DNA of 64,000 nucleotides from Trypethelium eluteriae (Eukaryota): positions 1 to 64,000 of the forward strand of contig JAVECL010000030.1 of the NCBI GenBank assembly GCA_051942245.1, written 5' to 3'. Shown one piece after another: positions 23,593 through 35,156 of this stretch (positions within the stretch are counted from its first letter, which is position 1; each line of letters starts with the position of its first letter). Under the pieces are notes generated by a model. The model saw nothing but the letters and a program-made list of their open reading frames with translations. It made no database searches and was not told the origin of the DNA. The translations under genes were made by a program, and so were the position numbers.

Positions 23593-25125
23593 ATGCACGC
23601 TGCATGGCATATTTACGAGATTCGGCATCAGATTTTTAGTAGCCTTGAGCCTCAAGACTTTGCACGACTTGCACGCATTTGCTCAACCCTTTTCACGGTT
23701 TGCACTGACAAACTATGGGCACGGATAGCGTCCCTCAAACCATTTCTCCATGCTCTACCACAGGACTTCAGGGAGCGGCCACTTACAAAACAAGATGTCC
23801 AGCGACTCAACTTGTACGCTGACAAAACCCAAGAGCTGGACCTGGAAAAGGAAAGTGGCAGGCGCGCCATTCGATTGAAGAGCAAGGGCTTGGAGCAAAA
23901 ATCTTTGAAGAAATGGGACGAGCTATGGGCCGAAATCGCAGCGTTACGACCACTATCGGATTTCCTGCCCAACGTTCGTCGGGTTTGCTTGTATAACGTA
24001 ACTGCAGATGTGATTGTTCCACTTATCAGCATAACTGGCGCGAAGTTGAGTCATCTTTCTATCAACATCTATAACCCTGAAACCAACGGCGCCGTCTGCC
24101 AATTCCTAGAAAGCCTTGCCGACACCTCTCGACTCGAGTCCGTTTCCTTACACGACGGTCTCATTCCTCCCAAGCTGATCCAACAAGCACCTCTCAAGCG
24201 CCTACGCCTGAACCATGTCTTCTTGTTACGCAGCGACCAGAGACGTATTCCTCTCTGTCTCGACCTCCTCGAAAAGTCCACGCTCGAGCGCCTATCCTTT
24301 AGCCTTCCTGTGGAATGGTGTTGGCCCCTCATTGATACACCGAAGGGTAAGTACCTTCCGCGGCTTCAGAAGCTCTGGCTAGATCTTAAACATTTCGAGC
24401 CCGAACGCTGCAGCCGCTGCCTTTATACCAAAGACCTTTATATCAAAGAGCCCGGCGAGCAGACGCGCACCCATAGCGGCCGGTACGCGCCTGCCCTATT
24501 CCTCGAAGCGCTGGATCGGCGAGAGCTCAAGCTGCTGAAAATCGAGCTTCCCGGTGACGCAACGCCTAAGATGGTTCGAGACGTGGTACGCGCGGCGCGG
24601 GATAGCTGCCAGCTCAACACTTTCGAGGATCTCACGCTCGGACGCAGCGGGTGGTATTCACAATGCCAAGAGTGTCGCGACACCGTGCTGCCGGAGAGCA
24701 AGCCAGAGCACGTGCGCGAGGTGTTGAGCACGTTGCTCCCGATGCCGCATCTCCGGAAGCTGCGCTTAAGCGTCCCTCTAAATTTCGTCGACAGCCTAGA
24801 TGTAGCTTTTTACTGCGAGATGGCAAATGGCTTGCCAATGCTGGAGACTCTAAAGCTAGACTTCCGTGAATCGGTGCCGCTGCATCACCTCGCTGCATTT
24901 TGTAGCATGCTGCCGAACGTCACGAGGGTGAGCTTGAGAAAAGCAGACTACACGGCGCTAGAGGAGATGCCAAGGGAGGAGTGGGCGTGCCCGCGTGTTC
25001 AACGGTTGAAAATTATGGATTGGGACCCTGATGAAGATGGAGAAGGCGCGTCGAGAGAGGCATTGTACCGCAACTTGCAAACCTACTTTCCAAACACCGA
25101 GCTGGCCAAGAGAGGTCCTGAATAG
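23593..25125 (+). CDS. F-box-like / leucine-rich-repeat (RNI-like) protein (510 aa), intronless
   Basis: N-terminal MHAAWHIYEIRHQIFSSL...FARLARICSTL...KLW F-box-like segment; repeated LxxLxL units (LPRLQKLWL, MPHLRKLRL, LPMLETLKL). Confidence 0.8.
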   Translation: MHAAWHIYEIRHQIFSSLEPQDFARLARICSTLFTVCTDKLWARIASLKPFLHALPQDFRERPLTKQDVQRLNLYADKTQELDLEKESGRRAIRLKSKGLEQKSLKKWDELWAEIAALRPLSDFLPNVRRVCLYNVTADVIVPLISITGAKLSHLSINIYNPETNGAVCQFLESLADTSRLESVSLHDGLIPPKLIQQAPLKRLRLNHVFLLRSDQRRIPLCLDLLEKSTLERLSFSLPVEWCWPLIDTPKGKYLPRLQKLWLDLKHFEPERCSRCLYTKDLYIKEPGEQTRTHSGRYAPALFLEALDRRELKLLKIELPGDATPKMVRDVVRAARDSCQLNTFEDLTLGRSGWYSQCQECRDTVLPESKPEHVREVLSTLLPMPHLRKLRLSVPLNFVDSLDVAFYCEMANGLPMLETLKLDFRESVPLHHLAAFCSMLPNVTRVSLRKADYTALEEMPREEWACPRVQRLKIMDWDPDEDGEGASREALYRNLQTYFPNTELAKRGPE

Positions 25126-25478
25126 ATTCATGGACCTAGCCTTAGATTTAGTTAAAATGACTGTCAGGATACATTTCTCTCTTTACTATGACCTACACAT
25201 AGAGACATGATAAATATAGAATACTATAAAAATAGTAAGTATTCTATTCTGTCTTGACCGGATAGAATTAGACATATTAATCCTACTATCAGTTAACGAC
25301 ATACAATAACATCTATAAATTGCTTTCTACTTTCTCTTTGAGACTGTTCAGAACGAAAAAAATGCCTTATAAATATCTTGTATATTGATAAATTTATTTA
25401 AACTTTAAAGTATCAACTATAAGTAATCTTAATTGTAAGCCAGAATTTTACTTTAGTATATTAACTTTTACACAGCAG

Positions 25479-25552
25479 AGGGCGCGTTTGTTACGGACGA
25501 AAAGGGTTAGTATTTTCCTTACAGATCAGTGGTGTTGTCCTTACAGTTTCCC
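25479..25552 (-). repeat. Right terminal inverted repeat
   Basis: Reverse complement GGGAAACTGTAAGGACAACACCACTGATCTGTAAGGAAAATACTAACCCTTTTCGTCCGTAACAAACGCGCCCT aligns to 16892-16969. Confidence 0.88.
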
Positions 25553-25905
25553 GGTTGGTTTCGATAGGGGTCATGGGGGTGAATGACACCGATACCGATT
25601 TCAAGATACGCCACTCCGGATCGGACCGAAATTCTCCGGTCTCCGTGCGATGTCTTGGAACGCTTTGGGAACGCGACTTGACCTCACGAGCCACCTGAAC
25701 TTTTGCTCAATACGTCGCACGCGTCCTCCCCTGCCCGATAACGGATTTCACATTCTCCACTAACCTGCAAACCCAAGTCTTTATGAGCGCCTCGAGCGGT
25801 CAAGAAGCTTCGAACTACCTATTGCCTACCTAGGCATTGCCCCGAAGTCCATTCCCTCCGACGTCTCTTGCGACTGAGCGCGTCACTCTCATCCCTTCTC
25901 TAAAA

Positions 25906-28628
25906 ATGCCCGGTCGAAAGAGGAAAATTCAGGATGTCGAAGTTGAGAGTGTACCTCGTGCATCGGCGCCCATCGATGATATCCTTCGAAGGCTCCGTAA
26001 CATGTGGCAATTTGCTAGTCTAATGCAATACCTATATTTATTCGGAAAGGCTGTCAAAGTCGACGAGGACCTCGATATCGATGTAGGTGTTTCCCGAGAT
26101 CATCTAGTGCCGCCCTCATGGCGTCCTCTATAGCAGTGGAATCTGACACGTCACTAGGAACTTGAGCGGGAATGCATGAAGCCAACCCCGTCTGAGAGAC
26201 TATCCGCTCTTGGGCTTGCACTCCTCAAGTTCGTTTCTTCGCACAGAGGCTTGACACCCGAGATCTTTGACGAATACACGCGCCGTCAATATCTAGCTAA
26301 AGCCCCGCAGCGTAATCCTTTTGGGGAGGACGAGGTGCCTAATAAGTTTGACGATTTTGACATTTTCACCAAGATTCAAGTCCTACATCAATTATCTACG
26401 TGGACATTCACCAACCCTGATCGCATCAGGGAGCGTATGAGCGAGCGTGATTACCAACAAGCATCCTGGGTATGTGTACTTATCAACCGTTGGCGAGAGG
26501 CCTCTGACCGATTGTACAGCGAATGGAACCCCAAGGCTGGGATGCTGAGGATCGTGCTTACTTTGTCTTGGATGATGATCGCCTCTACCGCCTGACTGAG
26601 GCTCCTCTTCCGCCAACGCCTGCTAAAGGAAAGTCCAAACTCAAATCCAAACCAAAGCATACGAAAGCTACGAGGTCAAACAAGCGGAGAAAGATTTCAC
26701 GTACAGTCGTTGATACGGAGGACGAGGATGATGAAATGATAACTGCGCCTGAACCTGAACCCGAGCCTGAGCCGGAAGAAGATGGGTTTGGAGGTCAGAA
26801 GTGGGAGTGTATTGCCATCACCCTTCAAGACTACCAACAATTCCTGGAAGACTTCCGCCGCAGTCGTCATCCCGCCGAACGCCACCTTCACAAAGTTCTG
26901 TCGACCAAAGTGCTCCCCGTTATACAACAAAGGGCTGAGGCACAAGCGCGCAAGGCCGCTAAGAAGCAAAGGGAGCTGGAAAATCTGCAGAAGATGGTGA
27001 CTGCGAAGCGCTCGAGTAGACTCGCTGACAAATATGAGAAACAAAAACAGGAGGAAGATGCGGCTGCGGCAGAACGCAGACATCAGGCGGATCTTGCCAT
27101 GGCCAGAAAGGAACAGGAAAGGCAGCAAAAGATGGAAGCTGTAAGTGCTACGTGGATGGAGGCCAGCCTCTTTAGCTGAATTTCCCTAGGCACGCGAGTC
27201 TCGAATGATGACACGCGAACAGCGACTCAAAGAGCGTGAAGTTAAGCGCATTCTTGAGGAAGAGGAGTTGACGAAGCTTGAAGAAGATAGCAAGAAAATC
27301 GAGACTGGCGATTCCCGCATTTCGGAACGACATCTCAAAGCAGAGATGGAGAGGCGCCAGAAAGAGCTTGAAAAGCTGTCACAGGAGGACGATTGGGTGT
27401 TTGACTGCGCTGTCTGCGGGATGCATGGAGAGAACCTGGTACGTTGGCACATCCAATCCGGTAACTCGAGACTCATGGTAGATAGGATGATGGATCACAT
27501 AGCATTGCTTGCGAGAGTTGCAATGTTTGGCAGCATAGCAAGTGTCACGGTATCGCAGTCGAGGAGGCTGAGCGAGACGACTTTCATTTCATTTGCACGG
27601 CCTGCAAGCGTCATGACGAGCAAGCAAAAAGACCAAAGACTCCGTCTCTCAAGATTCGCTTGTCATCATCTCCAAGGACCGAGAAGACCTCCAAACCAGC
27701 CGACATGATTGGAGATACTGCTAACAACGTTGAGATGGATCGACCCGTCATCTCGAGGGAGCTTGAAAGTGTGCAAATATCACCGCCACAAAAGCCTCAA
27801 CGCCACTTCAACCACGCAGGCACGCCGGCTAGTGTTCGGAGTGGCCCTAGTCTATCTCCGCAAGGGCAAGGGGCAGCACCTCCCGGCATGTATCGACCAA
27901 ATGGTAATCCCAACCTTCATCAGTCCGCATGGAACGGCCACCCACCGGATTCTCCTGCAAGGCTTGCATCCTCTACTCAAGCCCTCGGACTTGCGATCAC
28001 TAATGGCATATCAACAGGCTCACCACCCCCAGCTCGCATGACTAATGGCTTCGTTAATGGTACTGATCATGAGGTGGGCCCCAATACTCCTGTGAAGCAC
28101 ATGGCAAATGGCACCAAGGCAGACACGTCTTCGTCTGGCGTAGCTCCATCAGGAAACGATCCTTTCCATACCTCTTTTGGACAACAGCGATCCCCTTCCA
28201 ACTATTCTGGCATGAATGCACCATCGCCTATTAAGCAACAATCGTCGCATTCTCCCCATCAAACAACAAATTTTTATAATTCAAGCCCTTTTTCAGGGCC
28301 GTCAAATCCTTCCACCTCCTTTCCGCCAGTATCACAACAACCGGCAAGATTAAACCAGTCTCCCACAAAGCAGAGTACATCTCCACCGCAGCCTGCATAC
28401 TCTCCTCCACAGCACTTCCAACAAGAAAATGCTAGAAGCATCTTTCCTCCAAGTATCCCACCTCCAGCAAAACAGGAAAACGTCCGACCACTCTCAAGTC
28501 ATACTCCATTGAACTCTCAAGGGATTCCCCCTGCACCGGCATTATCTCCAAGCGCGCACCCGCAGATTTTGGATCCGCCAACCAAAAAGTCCCCAGAACA
28601 GCTGTCGCAGGGTACTAATTTTGGTTGA
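25906..28628 (+). CDS. WHIM/DDT-like plus PHD-finger chromatin protein; about 4 introns (near 26083-26157, 26470-26519, 27141-27190, 27439-27486)
   Basis: LRNMWQFASL, KIQVLHQLS (WHIM1-like), GWDAEDRAYFVLDDDRLY and WECIA; spliced PHD FDCAVCG...IACESCNVWQHSKC...FICTAC; Pro/Ser-rich tail. Confidence 0.85.
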
Positions 28629-29120
28629 GAATAGTGAGCGAGGAGTCGCTCAAGTTTATGAGTACCAAGATCTTTGTTGCATAGCATTGGATGAATTGCA
28701 CTTAGAGGTATGCGTCAGGGACTATGCTTAATGGCAGGGGTCGATGCGGCGATTGTTAGACCTCACTTCATTCATAGATTGCGAATACTGCAAGATGTAT
28801 TCTGCAGCCAATTTCAATTTTCAGACAATGCTTAAGAGATTCCAAGGCCCCTCGTTCTCATGTACTTCTACCTAGACTTGATGATGGGTCAATTGAGGCT
28901 AAATTGCCCAAGTTCCAGATGGCTCCGCCAACAACCGGTTGTCTTTTCCGATTCAAGATCTTGATGAATTTGGGTTCGAGGCTAAATCTTTACAGTCATC
29001 TTCTACAAAGTATCCATGTTCCCATTTTCTCCGGATTATAAGTGCAACAGATGGCGCAAATGCTCTTGATGACTGCTCAAATTAATTCCGAGATTCATCT
29101 TCCTTCTGCAATCGATCGAG

Positions 29121-30095
29121 ATGCTTTACACCATCGTCTCCTTCCTCTATCTTAGCTTACGAGTTATTGCTCAGCCTGCAACACTTTATGGTACATCAAT
29201 CTCTATCCCTACCCACCAGATCTTGGCTCATATTTCCACGGTAATGTCGAGGCACAAGCTGGACCGGACCTACAAACTAGCCCTCCGGAGCAATATGTGC
29301 TCTAGAGCACCAATATTATGCAGAAAGCGTCATCTCCTGCCCAGCTGGCTAGTCCTGCAGCGGTGCAACGGCCACTTCCATTCCTAGCGCTTCCGCGACG
29401 ACCTTGAGCGCGGGCATCGCTGCCACAGGTACAGCATGCATCATGACTCCCTCCATGGACTGCTGCAAGCCGCCATGCGCCTGGCCCCGTAAAGCCAACG
29501 TCTCAAATCCGGTCCGATTCTGCGATATTGACGACGCATCAGTTGCGGACTACCATGCGCAGTCCGCGTGCGACAGTGGCACGACGTATATGTACAGCTC
29601 GCAGACCCCCTGGACTGTCAATGATACCTTCGCGTATGGTTCCGCCTCGGTTGTCCTGTCGGGCGGGACTGGACGAAGCGGAGTCTTGCTGTAGCCGCTG
29701 TCAGCTCATTGTTACGAGCACGGCCACCGCCAGGGAGACGATGATTGTTCAGGTCATTAACACAGGTCTATCATCTTTCCCTCTTTCGTCTACAGCTTCA
29801 TCTGGAGCTCCAGTTTCCCTCTCCGCTCTCCCTCTGTCCACCAGTTCCTCTCCTAACTTAACTTCGTTTCTTTTTCATCAGGCAGCGTAGCGGGCAACCC
29901 ATCCCGCCTTGCCAGTCCCGCCAGCGGCGTCAGCCAGTCCTACGCCTGTACGCAAAACTGAAATGCTCCCGCCCAAGGCTGGGGCTCATAGCACAGCGGC
30001 GTGACGGTTGTCGCAGTGCCCTTTGCTATCAACGACGCTGCGGGCTGGCTGCGGCTCCCGGTTCGATCGAGTGGAGGGCGCGGACAAATTAAATA
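29121..30095 (+). pseudogene. Degenerate CBM1-GH45 endoglucanase pseudogene
   Basis: Signal peptide; CBM1 relic CRGTSWTGPTN*PSGAICALEHQYY; GH45 relic DCCKPPCAWPRKANVSNPV...QTPWTVNDTFAYG...MIVQVINTG...APAQGWGS*...RFDRVEGAD; stops, a frameshift near 29670 and loss of TRYWD. Confidence 0.88.
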
Positions 30096-30740
30096 TGATT
30101 CTTGCGCCGATAAATCAAGATTTATATTTTCGCTGTAAAACATGTCAAAGAAATGCTTCTATATTTTTCGATTAGTGTCAGATGAATCACTTGAACGCTA
30201 ATAGAGACGTTGTCACAATAAGTCTAGTTTGAGGAACGGGGAATACTATCACTGAGATATCTTCCCGATCTCATAGCTCTTACTTTATAGTAATAAACGC
30301 TTTGCAGACCTCGCCTTAAATGATAGGTTGCTCGAAGACTTACTGCTTAAACCAGAAAAGACTGGTTTGCTGAACCTCACACGTCTACATGGTTTGTCGC
30401 TACTCTGCCGTGGTGTTTTCGTTGTCACTGAGCGATTTAGCGCGGCCGATGAAGAGCAAGCCCTTAGGACCACTGCTGGAGGCCGCTGTCCATCAGCTTA
30501 TTGTTAAGGGCGCATGATAAGTAACAGATAGCAGCGTCCTGGCCAAGCTTCGAGTCCATCCCATTGAACTCATGGACCCGGGCCAGGACGGTCTCATCAG
30601 ATCATATTTGATCTGCTCTGTGTAGACGTGTATTGGAGCAAGACTTGATATTCAGGGATGAAGCGAAGACACCCAGAGATGTGATCTTTGCCCCTGATTT
30701 ACTGTCAAGTATATCCTTGCTGTTCTAAACTTAGAGCCCC

Positions 30741-31396
30741 TCACATTCTTCTCTTTCCCTTCCGTTTCGACGCTTCCTCATTTTTGAAGGGCCACCCGCT
30801 CGTCCGTTTATCTGCGCCCGTTCTTTGGCTAATCCTTCCCTCCTCACTCCCAAAGAGCAGGCACCAGACCGCTGTGAATGCAAGCACAGTGCTACCAGTC
30901 GCACCAACGGCATAGCTGGTTACATATGTACTCGAGTACGTAGCGTACGAGTGGAACGCTGCAAGAGAATGATAGCATAACGTGACGATGAGCGTCGCAA
31001 CCGCATACGGAGCTTTAGGATCGGAAGGATCAGCTAGGTTAGAGGACGTAGACGATGTTATAGGTATAGCTCCGTTGAGGACGAGTGTCAGAGCTGCCAA
31101 TGCTATTTGGGACATCCCTAAGCAGCGGCCGAAGTAGCTTTCAAGCGCTAGGTGATTGTGCACGTTAGTGAGGCTGCAGGAAGAAGGATACTCAGGCTGG
31201 AGAAATGCTATACCAGTCACCTCTCGCATTGCTGACGAGCTCATGCTCATAACGACATTAGGAGTAATGACTAAGGGAACCCCTTGAAGAGCGAGCCAGC
31301 CGGCACTGCCGTACGTGTAAGCGTGAAAGACCTGGCAAAATCAGCGCTTGAGCCTTCAAGATCCAGTTGATAGAGACATTATGCTCGTACATCCAT
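30741..31396 (-). CDS. Conserved-looking small fungal membrane protein (4 TM); 2 introns
   Basis: ATG GAT|GT...CAG|VFHAYTYGSAGWLALQG; hydrophobic helices; C-terminal ISQRTGADKRTSGWPFKN. Confidence 0.75.
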
Positions 31397-31973
31397 GGTC
31401 AGCGTTTGGGAAGGACGCGAGTTTCAAATGTCGGAAACCTTGGCTCCGCTAGGAAGTTATTACGTCGACATGAGGTGGCAATGTTGCGGCCGTTGGCGGA
31501 TCGTCAAGGTCCGACCCATTTTCTAATTGCGGAGTGTGGGGTATGGGATTTATAGTACCGCAGTAGTTGCGAAGGGTTTAACCATTGTCCTCAAATATTT
31601 AGCGCCGTGGTTTGCTGTTTAATCAGCTCTGAGATCATAAAGTGTGCAACTGTATCAATATATTGATATACGCCCAAGCTACTTGCTAGCAAACGATATG
31701 GAGTTGTTTGGCGTTCGGGACAATGCTGGTTCGCGATGTGACAGTCCATTTGCTACGAGAAAGCATCAAAAACAACCACTTAATTTCAACATCGTTTGCG
31801 TGGAAAGCTCGTTTGAACTTCCAATATATTGCAAGCAAGTGGTACAAACGCTTGCGCTGTGATAAAATTGTTAGAGGTTTGCTCTTGGGCTGAGTAGATT
31901 TGCTAAGATATAAATTATCTAACTGATCTATTTTTTGGCCTCGTTCAAGCTGATTTGCGCAAGCCAACCGGAT

Positions 31974-33964
31974 TCATACAGGAGCTGAACAGCCAAAAGA
32001 TGAGGCTGCGGACGACTTGTATGCTGCCGCAATTGAAAGACCAGATCCGTAGATCCCCAGACCGGCTGTAGCCAGAGACGTAATAGATAGTAAGAAATTG
32101 ACCCATTTAAAGATCTGCAAGAAGGATGGTTTCGGAGTCTCACCGAGCAAGCCTCGCTTCCATCTGTTCCAGGAGCTCCACGAATCTTTTCTTTTGGCCG
32201 AAGATGGGCGATACGGTTCATCTGCTGATGCAGCGTCCAGCTGAACCAGATACAGAAAAGTAAAGCCTGTTGGGAAAGCATACGTGAATTGCATGTTTGT
32301 CACAGCGCCAACCATACCGCTCAAGGTCTGAACTTGTGGGATGGCAGCGCCGATAACAAAGCCCACCCACCAGAACACAGCAACAGTAACAGACCAGCAT
32401 AGGCGACCTCGACCCGTGAGAAGTGGTGGGCCTTTCAGAAATCGTTCGATCACGTTGACATAAAATATTTTAAGGCCGATATTTCCATACAGACCCCCGG
32501 CAATGATGGTAGAGATCAAGCTCAGTACATTGCCGACTGTCTGCCATGAGTAGCGGCTGACACCCTGATATGCGACAGCGAGGGTGTATTGACCTTGAAA
32601 CGAATAAACAAAGAGCCCGTAGAACACATAGATGGTAAATATAAATGCTTGAGCGATGGAAAAAGCCTTGAGGAAATCCATGGGTCGCCGCATTTCTGCA
32701 ATGATCTGAGGGAAGATCGTGGCACCACCATAAGCGTAGACTATATTCATCACACCGTTGATCCTTTCATAAAAGGGATACGTAGCGAAGGCTTGCTTTG
32801 ACACGGGTCCCGCAGCAACGCCATAGGCTGCCTTGGCTGAGGCGTAATTGGGTGCCGAATGCGCGATGAAGCCAACAGAGAGCAGGATGACAAGGAGGTT
32901 GAGCCAAATTGCAGAACTTGCAAGCCAGCTATATCGTTTGAGTGTCCGTATCTGATTGAGCATGCAGCCCACGAGAATCCAGATAACGATAGAAACGACA
33001 AAGCAAAGTCGGCCCTTTGAGAGTTGGTACAACGATTGAGCAGAGCTTAGTGACGTAGTGGCTACGTTAACAATCCTGCTCGACCTTATTAGCAGAAACA
33101 TCACAGAAGCGATTCGCGAAATTGCATACATGTGGATGAAAACCAGCCAAGTGACCAGAAGCCGCATAGCTTTGCCTGCGACTCGTTCCGTAATGTCGCT
33201 GTAGCTCTTGACGGGAAAGCGATCACTATCTAGTTTCACATAGAGCCACCAGAGCAGAGCACCACAGTAAAATGCAACAGCCCCCATGAACACGAATAGA
33301 AGGGTTCCGGGGACGTAGCCATTCTGGCGGAAGGCATAGGGAGCATTGAAAGGCCCCAGGATATCGGTGGTACAGAGCCACAAAGCTCCGTACCACGTCG
33401 ACTGCCGCAATGCTCGCCAAGCGTTCACCTTGTCGACCTCATCTTGCGTGAGGCCTTCAGTCTGCTCATTACTTACAGATTCTTGTGTAGCTTCATGCGG
33501 CAAGCGTCCAGCGAAGATTCGCTGTAGCCTTTGAGCCCACCCAAGCGATCTGCTGGGAAATTAGCGACGCTACTTCAATCTCGAGGCGTGAAAAATCTTG
33601 TGCGACTGGCGAACAGAGGGGTAGGAACGTTGAAAAGAAAGATGATCAGTGCAATTGCAGAGGCTGTACTGGAAATATCTGAGGCTGGCAGGAAATAAGA
33701 TAAGGAGAAGGTTCAGAAGTACGTCTTTCCAGTGTTAAACTCATCTTCGATTCTTTGTGCCTCTGCATAGTACACATAGTCTTCGAACGTAGGGTGTCTG
33801 CCACTCCTTGAATTTCGTAACTGGACGTCGGGGAAGCCTGATTCTACTCTAGCAGTCTGCTCTTGTAAAGCCAGAACATCTGGGGCCAGCTGCCAATGTT
33901 CAGTTGTGCCCTAATACACCAATCATATCAGGCTCACAGTCGATACGTCCTTCTCAGCAGCCAT
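31974..33964 (-). CDS. Amino acid transporter (Aa_trans/AAAP, Mtr-like); 5' exons approximate
   Basis: TDILGPFNAPYAF, NIVYAYGGA, AEMRRPMDF, ~11 TM segments; upstream exon TFEDYVYYAEAQR near 33750-33800; start ATG at 33964 tentative. Confidence 0.85.
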
Positions 33965-35156
33965 TACGATGCTCCTAGCTCACCGGCGGCTGAGGATGCG
34001 TTGGAATTTTGTTTTTTTTCTTGATGAGGTGGAACATCGACTGCGTGAACTTCCGCGACATGTTCATATAGATAGTAATGTACTCCGTAATAAGTGTATA
34101 ATTGGACCGAGCACTGGGACAACCCAGTGCCCAAGTGCCATTCACGGGAGGGAAAATGGGTAGATTTCCTGGATTAGGAAGGTACAAGGCAAAGTCCGAG
34201 GATGTCGCCATCCGGGCTAAAAATGAAAGATAGAGATCTAACAGTGCATTGCATCACAGCTTGCAAAATCGCTGATCGAACAAGAGTGATGTGTTTTGAC
34301 AAGCACGCTCCAGAGAATGACGGCGTACGTAATACGATACTGGATGGTGCCCTTCAGCAGTCTCATTGGATGCAACAACATCTTCAAGGGTCAGTAGTCT
34401 AATGCTCCCCCAAACGCATTAAGTCAATGCTTGATTGGACATTAGGAATTTTGTCCATAGAGCAATGAACAGCATTTGCATATACTCTGCACAGCAAACT
34501 GTATGTCTCAGTGATTCCGTGCAAGATACTGGTTATGGTATCTGAGTTCGCAAGACGCCTTGCCATGATAGATCTTGATACAATTCTTTTCTGAGGGGGA
34601 TCAGCCGCTTTCATCCTGTCACATCGTCAGATAGCTGAATCTAAATGGAAGGGATCGAGAAAGTAGACCGGAGATGGACTGATGGTGTAGAGAGAAGTGT
34701 GCTCCGTTAGGTAAGGTAAGGTAGGAATAGGTGCCCACCCAGCCGTGCCAGCCCCCAGCTACCGGGGCACCGAGGACTGACTAATGGACACTTCACTTGT
34801 GCCCCATGCTTTCTAGCCTCTTCACCTCCCGTCTTCTACATGCGCCAGACACAAGCACCCCGAAGGCATGAGGATCCTGATAGTGCAATCACTACGTGCC
34901 TAGGAGTACTTCTGCTCCAAACCCAAACTGCGCGTAGGTCTGCGGAAATTCAAGTTTAATCATAGTAAATGTGGAGCATTTGCTTCGAGCCTGGAATTTA
35001 ACGACCAGTGACGGCGCTTCGATCGTAGTACTACAAAATATCCATGCCTCTCATCGCGTTGTATAGATCCTCTATGCCGTTCACATCCAACTCCGTGATA
35101 AAAACGCCTCGCTATGCATCCTTGCCCTTAGATATTGAATATGGTATATGTCCTTC

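Larger units (their letters stand above)
16892..25552. mobile_element. Non-autonomous TIR DNA transposon (Mutator/MULE-like) carrying cargo genes (Pack-MULE-like)
   Basis: Left end GGGAAGCTGTAAGGACAACACCGCCGATCTG matches the reverse complement of the right end GGGAAACTGTAAGGACAACACCACTGATCTG (28/31), with similarity to ~75 bp. Flanks GGTCGGTT (16884-16891) and GGTTGGTT (25553-25560) form a TSD with one mismatch. Confidence 0.85.

Noticed and set aside
16892..25552. Starship element interpretation of the cargo island
   Set aside because: No tyrosine-recombinase captain ORF at either end, too small, and long symmetric TIRs with an 8-9-bp TSD fit a DDE/Mutator mechanism better.
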